Virus record (IMG/VR): IMGVR_UViG_3300034095_001964 | Strand: one strand, 5' to 3' | Source: an uncultured virus (IMG/VR IMGVR_UViG_3300034095_001964) | Taxonomy: Duplodnaviria > Heunggongvirae > Uroviricota > Caudoviricetes | DNA length: 54,493 bases | In this document: positions 48,321 through 54,493 of the stretch, in pieces | Position numbering within the stretch: the first letter of the stretch is position 1 | How the letters are laid out: each line of letters begins with the position of its first letter | The notes under the pieces: generated by a model | Databases searched by the model: none | What the model was told of the DNA's origin: nothing | Seen by the model: the letters and a program-made list of their open reading frames with translations, nothing else | Made by a program: the position numbers and the translations under genes

Positions 48321-49010
48321 ATGGGAATGTTTGATTACATACACTGTGAATATCCGCTGCCTTCATGCCCACAAGCATTGATTGATCGTTGGGGCAAAAG
48401 CGTCCGAGACATTGCTTTTCAAACAAAGGACACTCCAGATCAAGTCATGACTGCATACACCATTACTGCAGATGGGTACTTATTGGTTAACCGTACACAA
48501 TATGAATGGATTGATACACCTGAAAAAGTAGATAAGAGTGCAGGTGAATTGCAGGCCTGGTTTAACCGTGGTTACAATAAAGTAGTTCGCGAGTGGACTG
48601 AGCAGTGTCTCGGTTTTAACGGAGCCATTGAGTTTTATGAAAGCTATGCGCACGCTGATAAAAAGCCAGGCGATGATTACCAGCGAGACTCTTATGCTGA
48701 CGGTTGGGTTGAATACAAATCTTTATTTCAAAACGGGCAATTGCTGCAAATCTCGCAAAGCAAACATACGCGGCCAGTCAAATATACACAACTTGAAACC
48801 GCGGATCGGCAGCTAGCACGCGCAATGGCAATTCGTGAGAATCACGCTAAACAACACAAATCACGTCACGAGAATCCTAATCCTGAGCAGCGCCTTATTG
48901 ACACTATTAAAACATTGTTGCCTCAAGACAAATGCGAGGCTTTGCAACAAATAGACAACCTAATAAATGAATATAGAACAAAACACGATCGGTGGTACGC
49001 CCAATCTTAA
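48321..49010 (+). CDS. Conserved phage hypothetical protein
   Basis: MGMFDYIHCEYPLP...FQTKD...YTITADG...WVEYKSLFQNG, a recurring phage family pattern. Confidence 0.7.
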   Translation: MGMFDYIHCEYPLPSCPQALIDRWGKSVRDIAFQTKDTPDQVMTAYTITADGYLLVNRTQYEWIDTPEKVDKSAGELQAWFNRGYNKVVREWTEQCLGFNGAIEFYESYAHADKKPGDDYQRDSYADGWVEYKSLFQNGQLLQISQSKHTRPVKYTQLETADRQLARAMAIRENHAKQHKSRHENPNPEQRLIDTIKTLLPQDKCEALQQIDNLINEYRTKHDRWYAQS

Positions 49011-49102
49011 ACAAGAATTGTATACTTTCCGAGGCAAAACATTTCCCTGTGATGCCTCAATAATCAAACAATTAAACTATGCGCTAGCATTAAACCGGTC
49101 AA

Positions 49103-49339
49103 ATGAAAGATATGAAAAAGTTTAGTAAAGAAGAAGAAAGAAATATTGAAGGTTCGCGTGAAGTCATACAAAGCTTGTTGCGCACACAAGATGCCGTGTT
49201 TGATTTGCTGTGCGAACAAATTGGCGTCACTGATGATGATGACATTAACTGGCTGTTTGATTACATCTACAATACACTTGGTGATTCTTCTAAATATACA
49301 GCCTATGTAAAAGAAAAAATTTATGGCAGCACGCAATGA
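49103..49339 (+). CDS. Hypothetical protein
   Basis: ORF in a packed early cluster. Confidence 0.55.
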   Translation: MKDMKKFSKEEERNIEGSREVIQSLLRTQDAVFDLLCEQIGVTDDDDINWLFDYIYNTLGDSSKYTAYVKEKIYGSTQ

Positions 49340-49529
49340 TATAACTGGTGCAGAAATTAAAAGCCGCATCCTTAGCGCTGAAGGGCGCGACAACTGGGAT
49401 AAAGCTTTCACAAAGAAAACACCAGCCGAATGGTTGCGCTACGAACAAAACGATACCGCTCTTCTTGCGGTTGATACTCCAATATCATATAAAGAATTTT
49501 GCGAACTATTAAATAAAAATACTCTATGA
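49323..49529 (+). CDS. Hypothetical protein
   Basis: ARNDITGAEIKSR...NWDKAF motif recalled from T4-like phages. Confidence 0.6.
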   Translation: MAARNDITGAEIKSRILSAEGRDNWDKAFTKKTPAEWLRYEQNDTALLAVDTPISYKEFCELLNKNTL

Positions 49530-49717
49530 ATTTAGAAAACGAAAAAAAGACGCTTAAAGAATGGAAACGTGAATATCAGCTCTATGATCAGGATGTACTA
49601 ACCGATCCGCTGCTTGAGCAAATGGACAGCCCAGGCGACGCGCTTATGACGCGCGCTTTCTTCGAGCAGGTGTATAACGTTCAAGGTCATACACACACTG
49701 GACGCCACCGCATATGA
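49526..49717 (+). CDS. Hypothetical protein
   Basis: ATGA-coupled ORF. Confidence 0.55.
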   Translation: MNLENEKKTLKEWKREYQLYDQDVLTDPLLEQMDSPGDALMTRAFFEQVYNVQGHTHTGRHRI

Positions 49718-49923
49718 ATAGCATAGATCAAGCGCTGCTTGACAAGTATCCAGTCGTGATTGGGCGGCAGTATACAAGTTGGGCATTAAATGATCGCCAT
49801 TGTGAAGCACAGCTTGTGTCGGCTGATATTGAAGGCGCTGGCGATTTTCTATTGAGAGATGGCAATTGGGAATGGCGCGGAGGCTTTAAAGAATTTATAC
49901 ATCATTGGGATATAACAACATAA
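49714..49923 (+). CDS. Hypothetical protein
   Basis: ATGA-coupled ORF. Confidence 0.55.
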   Translation: MNSIDQALLDKYPVVIGRQYTSWALNDRHCEAQLVSADIEGAGDFLLRDGNWEWRGGFKEFIHHWDITT

Positions 49924-49927
49924 AAGT

Positions 49928-50098
49928 ATGACTGACGACGAATGCATCACCAAGACTCAAAAAGAGCTGGAAAATTTTAAAAATGAATTTGCCAAACTGT
50001 TAAGAAAATATCCTAACGTCACGGTGTCAAGCAATAACGCCGGTCATCTGATGGCATATCACGACACCACTTTTCTTGCCAAAATACGCATTTGGTAA
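49928..50098 (+). CDS. Hypothetical protein (56 aa), not in the ORF track
   Basis: MTDDECITKTQKELENFKNEF...AKIRIW fills the gap. Confidence 0.5.
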   Translation: MTDDECITKTQKELENFKNEFAKLLRKYPNVTVSSNNAGHLMAYHDTTFLAKIRIW

Positions 50099-50133
50099 AC
50101 ACCAACATTCACCATCTCTTTTACAAAAATACT

Positions 50134-50277
50134 ATGAAACTTACATTCTCTGACGCAATAACATTGTCGGTTGCTATTCTATGCCCGATTTTTCTAGCTA
50201 TGAAAGATCCAGCGCTATTCACAATAGGAATAGTGCTTGTGTCAATTCATTCATTAAGACTGATACATCAATTATGA
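50134..50277 (+). CDS. Small membrane protein
   Basis: Hydrophobic 47-aa ORF. Confidence 0.5.
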   Translation: MKLTFSDAITLSVAILCPIFLAMKDPALFTIGIVLVSIHSLRLIHQL

Positions 50278-50567
50278 TTCCACTTATTTCAATTGCCATC
50301 GCACATCACTTTAAAGAAGACGCCCTAGTTGAATTGCGTTTTAATCACGCGTCCAGCAATGCATACCACACAACCGTGTATGATGCACTTGTGGGCGGCA
50401 CGGTAGTGTTATCGTCTCTGCGCATACCAGATATGATTCTTGACTTTCGCAAGGAAAGCAATTGGAGTGATGAGCGCATTCAGGCCGAAATGACAACCAT
50501 TCTAATCGGTTATATCACCCAAGCAATGAACTCTTCTGCCACTCCTACACAAATGGTTGACAATTAA
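50274..50567 (+). CDS. Hypothetical protein
   Basis: ATGA-coupled start at 50274. Confidence 0.5.
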   Translation: MIPLISIAIAHHFKEDALVELRFNHASSNAYHTTVYDALVGGTVVLSSLRIPDMILDFRKESNWSDERIQAEMTTILIGYITQAMNSSATPTQMVDN

Positions 50568-50574
50568 AACACCT

Positions 50575-51144
50575 ATGAAACAACTAATACTATTCTTTAC
50601 CAACAAGTTTGCACGCTACCATGTTTACCAGAAAATCCGCAGCTTCTTCTGTTCGCGACAACATTGGCTAACGCGTGCTATACCGCGTACTTACTGCGAT
50701 AAAGTTGAATTGGTGCCATGTGTATTGTTCGCAATCCTGGTTGACTTTGTGGAGAAAGAAAAGGGGTTGAGTCAACTTGATGCTGATTGGACGCAAGACC
50801 TTGCTGACGGCCATGTCAGCCAAGACTACATTGATGCCACCAACACCAAATATGGCCAATTGCGCGATGCATACAATTATATTAAAACTGAACGTGAGCT
50901 GTTGCAAAGCGCATATGACAATAGCTATCCGGTGCTGCTTACTGGTGTGAATGGCATGTTTGAAGAGCCAACATTTGATGCCGCCGGAAACAAGTCGTCG
51001 TTCATGCGATCATGTGAAACAATGTATGGCATGAGTTATGCTGAAGCTTATGCCGAAACCAATCGGCTTGAAGCACTACTTGAAGAGCGTGATCAAGATG
51101 CAATGATGACCATCGTACGGCATGTAAAATTGCTTTGGACATAA
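50575..51144 (+). CDS. Hypothetical protein
   Basis: WLTRAIPRTYCDKVEL...FAILVDFVEKEKG...LWT, a recurring phage family pattern. Confidence 0.65.
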   Translation: MKQLILFFTNKFARYHVYQKIRSFFCSRQHWLTRAIPRTYCDKVELVPCVLFAILVDFVEKEKGLSQLDADWTQDLADGHVSQDYIDATNTKYGQLRDAYNYIKTERELLQSAYDNSYPVLLTGVNGMFEEPTFDAAGNKSSFMRSCETMYGMSYAEAYAETNRLEALLEERDQDAMMTIVRHVKLLWT

Positions 51145-51151
51145 ATGCTTT

Positions 51152-51290
51152 GATAAATATTTTGTAGGGATTCCTACAAGCAAATGGAGACGCCTATAGA
51201 CGTCTCTGCACTCGTGTGAGACATCAGGTAACACTGCGTCGATGCACAAAATGGAGAAGAGTATGCAAAGTGGTATGGTACTCTCTCTGA
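51152..51290 (+). other. Structured leader or possible ncRNA of four tandem hairpins after a late-like promoter
   Basis: GATAAATA 51152-59; TTGTAGG/CCTACAA; GAGACG/CGTCTC; TGCA..CAG-GTAACA-CTG..TGCA; AGAGTA/TACTCT. Confidence 0.5.
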
Positions 51291-51328
51291 AACTAAAGCA
51301 AAACAAAATACCACAAACCAACAACACA

Positions 51329-51760
51329 ATGAAAAGAATAGCAATATCCCTAGCATTGGTGCTGTCTCTACCCAGCTGTTCAGTTGCTTCCAATGGTGAA
51401 GCAACGCGTCCAGATACAGCAGCTGCGCGTAAAGTAAGAGCCCGCATTACATATTACTGCCCAGGCGAAGACCGCTGGGGCAGCCGTGTAGCATCGCAAG
51501 ATGTAAAGAGAGCCAAACCAGGAATAACAGTGGCCGCACATCCAGACTTTAAGTTTGGAACGCAGGTTTATATTCCAGCACTCAAGAACAAGATTGACGA
51601 CGGTAAATTTACCGTTCAAGATCGTGGTCGTGCAGTGACAAGCAAAAAGGCAGCACGCGGGCGGGCATATGTGTTTGATGTATTTGTTGCATCAAACCGG
51701 GCCATAAAGATGATGACGCGCAATGTGCCACAATGGGCTGATGTGTACATCTTAAATTAA
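51329..51760 (+). CDS. 3D-domain cell-wall-active lipoprotein
   Basis: Lipoprotein-like signal MKRIAISLALVLSLPSC; ITYY, TVAAHPDFKFGTQVYIP, VQDRGRAV, FDVFV. Confidence 0.75.
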   Translation: MKRIAISLALVLSLPSCSVASNGEATRPDTAAARKVRARITYYCPGEDRWGSRVASQDVKRAKPGITVAAHPDFKFGTQVYIPALKNKIDDGKFTVQDRGRAVTSKKAARGRAYVFDVFVASNRAIKMMTRNVPQWADVYILN

Positions 51761-51790
51761 AAAGTGTCGTCACCGAGAGTTGAAGACCCA

Positions 51791-51831
51791 AAAGGCGCCA
51801 ATCTTTTAAAATGAGATTGGCGCCTTTATTC
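51791..51831 (+). terminator. Intrinsic terminator
   Basis: AAAGGCGCCAATCTT/GAGATTGGCGCCTTT followed by ATTC. Confidence 0.75.
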
Positions 51832-51904
51832 TGTGTCCGCTGCATGTTTTGCTGCAAAGAAGCCGACGGCGTGCTAGATTTGGGCCTAAAATTGTCTTAT
51901 TTAC

Positions 51905-51989
51905 GTAACTTGTTGACTGTCAATCACAAGAAAAAATATGCATTTTACTGAAAAAAGTCCTGTACAAGCGGCCTTTTTTGTTGTATAAT
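51905..51989 (+). promoter_or_regulatory. Early promoter cassette
   Basis: GTAACTTGTTGACTGTCAAT, then GAAAAAATATGCATTTTACTGAAAAAAGTCC, TGTACA 51961-66, 17 nt, TATAAT 51984-89. Confidence 0.78.
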
Positions 51990-52011
51990 AATTCTGTAAG
52001 GAAAATAAAAT

Positions 52012-52392
52012 ATGACAAGAGTAAATGAAATGATTGATGCGCTCAATGCGCAACCCGACGCCGCCGCTGGTTTTTCAGCAAAAACACTTTACAGCACTGG
52101 CCAACAATACGGCCTCACTTGTAAGCAAGTTTTGGAAACATTCCTAGGCAAAGAAAAAGCAATTTCCCGCGGTCTTTATGCTGCGGCAATTGGCGCTAAT
52201 GTAAAAGTTGTTAAGGCTGCTGCAAAGAAGGCCACAAAGACTGTTGCAAAACCTGCTGCAAAACCTGCTGCAAAACCTGCTGCAAAGAAGGCCACTGTTG
52301 CCGAGGCGGTTGTCAATGATTATGCTGACGGCGACTTTGATGGTGTTTGCTATATTGCAACGCCTGAGGAAATTGCTGAAAGCTTTAACTGA
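52012..52392 (+). CDS. Stand-alone paralog of the CobS N-terminal domain with PAAK repeats
   Basis: IDAL...SAKTLYSTGQQYGLTCKQV...RGLY aligns to CobS LDAL...SAKLYETGRANGMTYKQV...RGLY. Confidence 0.7.
   Translation: MTRVNEMIDALNAQPDAAAGFSAKTLYSTGQQYGLTCKQVLETFLGKEKAISRGLYAAAIGANVKVVKAAAKKATKTVAKPAAKPAAKPAAKKATVAEAVVNDYADGDFDGVCYIATPEEIAESFN
52246..52281 (+). repeat. Tandem 12-nt repeat x3 (AKPA)
   Basis: GCAAAACCTGCT three times. Confidence 0.9.
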
Positions 52393-52400
52393 AAACACCT

Positions 52401-52631
52401 ATGATTATCAAATTCATTTGGAGAACATATTATAAGGCCAAGCTTGGCGATCAGTATGAAGCAACACTCGCGCGGGCAACCAGTCTTGGGCGCACCACGG
52501 CTGAAAGTACGCGCGGCGGTCTCCACACCTTTTTTGATATGAACGGCAACCGTATTCGCGGGTTTGACAATGGAGCAGTAAAAGTAAGGCATGCTAATAA
52601 GCATCCGTTAATTGTAAAATACGGACAATAG
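52401..52631 (+). CDS. Hypothetical protein
   Basis: ORF in the early operon. Confidence 0.55.
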   Translation: MIIKFIWRTYYKAKLGDQYEATLARATSLGRTTAESTRGGLHTFFDMNGNRIRGFDNGAVKVRHANKHPLIVKYGQ

Positions 52632-52649
52632 AATTTTACGTTTGTAAAA

Positions 52650-52925
52650 ATGAAAACAAAAACAATAGTCATTGCGGCATTTGCATTTGCGTATTTAATT
52701 TTGGAAACAGTTTGGGCAAGCATTCTGGTGGACCGATTACTTAAAGTATTTTTTACACAAACCGTTTTTAATTATTTTCTATTGCTTGCCATTTGCGGCG
52801 TAGTATTAAACACGTTTGATATGGTTTGCAAATGTGATTACAATCTTAAAGCAGCATTGAGATTAAATACTTTTATGTGGCTTGTAATCATTACCATTAT
52901 TGAACTTGCAACTGGGATTTTGTGA
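52650..52925 (+). CDS. Membrane protein (about 3 TM)
   Basis: Three hydrophobic segments; AT-rich. Confidence 0.6.
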   Translation: MKTKTIVIAAFAFAYLILETVWASILVDRLLKVFFTQTVFNYFLLLAICGVVLNTFDMVCKCDYNLKAALRLNTFMWLVIITIIELATGIL

Positions 52926-52945
52926 ATCAGCGTTCATAAAAATCC

Positions 52946-52974
52946 TTTACACATTGCAGTAATTCGGATATAAT
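52946..52974 (+). promoter_or_regulatory. Early sigma70-like promoter
   Basis: TTTACA-17-TATAAT. Confidence 0.72.
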
Positions 52975-53027
52975 AATTTACAGGCACGGCGCGGCCGCGC
53001 GTCTTATATAAACCACAAACTAAATAT

Positions 53028-53186
53028 ATGTTAACACAAGTAGAAGAAACCATCACAGAGTTGCATTCTCACGCTAATGCTAAATCCGGGTTTACCGCAA
53101 AACTAGTAAACCCCGCTCCAGTTGAAGAGTCATCTGCCTTTCTCTTTGACCATTGCAGGCCTACAGACGATTCTTTCGATGCCTAA
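53028..53186 (+). CDS. Short paralog of the 52012..52392 N-terminus (52 aa), not in the ORF track
   Basis: MLTQVEETITELHSHANAKSGFTAK versus MTRVNEMIDALNAQPDAAAGFSAK. Confidence 0.55.
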   Translation: MLTQVEETITELHSHANAKSGFTAKLVNPAPVEESSAFLFDHCRPTDDSFDA

Positions 53187-53210
53187 TGCAATCATCCAAA
53201 AATCTATTTA

Positions 53211-53906
53211 ATGCAAATTAAAGTAAAAGACATTCGCGCCGCGCTCGCACAACAACTAATCAATGAAGCTTTCACAACAGACAAAAGTGGTGTGAAAACC
53301 ATAGAGTTGATTGGAGCAAGTTTCATTGCTGATGAGGCGCTAATCTTTGGCGCTAAAAATACAGAATATATTGAGAATGAATTGGAATGGTATCTTTCAC
53401 AAAGCCTCAACGTAAATGATATTCCAGGAAAGACACCAGCCATCTGGAATGCTGTGGCAAGTCCAGATGGATTGATCAATAGCAATTATGGTTATCTTGT
53501 GCTAAGCAAAGAGAATGGTTCTCAATACGAAAATGTTCGCAACGAGTTGCTGATTAATCCTGAAAGCCGTCGTGCAATTATGATTTACACTCGGCCAAGC
53601 ATGCACAAGGATTGGTGCACTGATGGAATGAGCGACTTTGTTTGTACCAATGCCGTGCAGTTTCTACTGCGCGATGGCCACCTGCACATGATTGTTCAAA
53701 TGAGAAGCAATGATGCAGTGTTTGGCTATAAGAATGATTTTGCATGGCAAAAATATATTCAATGGAGCATGCTTGAGAGTCTCGTGCGGCGCACTGGTCA
53801 AACCATTCTCGCTGGCAGCATCACTTGGCAAGTCGGCTCGCTGCACGTATATGAGCGTCATTTCGGCTTTATCGCCGACCATCTCGCTGAAAAAGCACAA
53901 GCCTAA
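53211..53906 (+). CDS. gp42: dCMP hydroxymethylase (T4 gp42-like)
   Basis: NSNYG, SRRAIMIYTRPSM, DGMSDFVCTN, MRSNDAVFGYKNDFAWQ (Asp at the cytosine-specificity position), VGSLHVYERHF. Confidence 0.88.
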   Translation: MQIKVKDIRAALAQQLINEAFTTDKSGVKTIELIGASFIADEALIFGAKNTEYIENELEWYLSQSLNVNDIPGKTPAIWNAVASPDGLINSNYGYLVLSKENGSQYENVRNELLINPESRRAIMIYTRPSMHKDWCTDGMSDFVCTNAVQFLLRDGHLHMIVQMRSNDAVFGYKNDFAWQKYIQWSMLESLVRRTGQTILAGSITWQVGSLHVYERHFGFIADHLAEKAQA

Positions 53907-53913
53907 AAAGTCC

Positions 53914-53942
53914 TTTACAAATCTCTCTAAATAGTATACAAT
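53914..53942 (+). promoter_or_regulatory. Early sigma70-like promoter
   Basis: TTTACA-17-TACAAT, 6 nt before ATG 53949. Confidence 0.7.
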
Positions 53943-53948
53943 AAATTT

Positions 53949-54074
53949 ATGAAAAACAGCAATCCCAAAGTAAAACGCAAGAAAATTCGGCGCAAAGGAA
54001 TTCATGCCAAAAGCAAAAGCTCACACCTCAAGCAAAGCAAAAACTACAAGAAACTCTCACGTGGCCAAGGTTAA
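53949..54074 (+). CDS. Very basic 41-aa peptide, not in the ORF track
   Basis: MKNSNPKVKRKKIRRKGIHAKSKSSHLKQSKNYKKLSRGQG. Confidence 0.6.
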   Translation: MKNSNPKVKRKKIRRKGIHAKSKSSHLKQSKNYKKLSRGQG

Positions 54075-54090
54075 TCCAAACACAATTGCT

Positions 54091-54435
54091 GTGACGCCAC
54101 ACGTTAAAGAAAGCATTGCCATATTGCACGAATGTGCACAACTGCAAGAACGCAAGAGCCGCGACTATCAAAATCCAAACAGTCGTATTCGTCAAGCAAA
54201 CTATTATCCGCGAGGAGTAGCTAGCATTCTTGATATTATTCAAGCCAAGGTGTTGCGAATGTATAGTGTGATTGAAGCTATGGAGAATGATCCTGGCTAT
54301 CAACCCAACTTTGAGAGCATTGAAGATAGCGGTAAGGACTTGATCAATTACAGCTCATTCCTTGTAGCATATATGCGCGGCAAAGTTGATGGCCAAGAAG
54401 CCGATCGTGATTTTCTTAATCGCCGTCAAAGCTGA
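54091..54435 (+). CDS. Nucleotide-modification-associated domain 1 (DUF1599-like) protein
   Basis: LHECAQLQERKSRDYQ...FESIEDSGKDLINYSSF; probable GTG start at 54091. Confidence 0.7.
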   Translation: MTPHVKESIAILHECAQLQERKSRDYQNPNSRIRQANYYPRGVASILDIIQAKVLRMYSVIEAMENDPGYQPNFESIEDSGKDLINYSSFLVAYMRGKVDGQEADRDFLNRRQS

Positions 54436-54450
54436 TCATATATACATCAT

Positions 54451-54493
54451 ATGAGTTTAGACTATACAACCACTCTTGTTGTTGACTTTGATG
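54451..54493 (+). CDS. Partial HAD-like phosphatase (truncated by the window end)
   Basis: MSLDYTTTLVVDFD contains the DxD motif I. Confidence 0.4.
   Translation, partial: MSLDYTTTLVVDFD

Noticed and set aside
51160..51290. tRNA gene
   Set aside because: No cloverleaf, T-loop GTTCRA or CCA end; no tRNA was recognised anywhere in the window.
54004..54090. N-terminal extension of the Nmad1-like ORF
   Set aside because: It overlaps the promoter-proximal basic peptide in another frame; GTG at 54091 is the more plausible start.

Overview
This window is about 54 kb of a T4-like myophage genome, and almost every gene is on the + strand. Left arm: fibre and head-spike genes, a holin-like gene and the late structural cluster (gp13-gp14-gp15-gp16-gp17-gp18-gp19-gp20, a collagen fibre, core, gp21-gp22-gp23, gp3). 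Middle: uvsY, uvsW, gp55, gp47/gp46, a vWA-metalloprotease/CobS-like AAA+ pair, gp45, gp44/gp62, regA, hsp20 and DNA polymerase. Right: early hypothetical genes, a 3D-domain cell-wall enzyme and the start of a hydroxymethylcytosine modification cluster (gp42-like). The most striking structure is the DNA polymerase locus. gp43 is split at the fingers tip into two genes separated by a free-standing Vsr/EDxHD-type endonuclease. The second half has its own sigma70 promoter, an apparently leaderless start missed by the ORF track (44302), and an ORF-less group I intron (44397-44650) inside motif B. Other points of interest: stand-alone paralogs of the CobS N-terminal domain, a repeated IHF-like/UP-element early-promoter cassette, antisense promoters, homing-endonuclease scars, a ROSE-like thermometer and a GTA-like head-spike kit. 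All assignments come from recalled motifs and synteny; no database searches were run.
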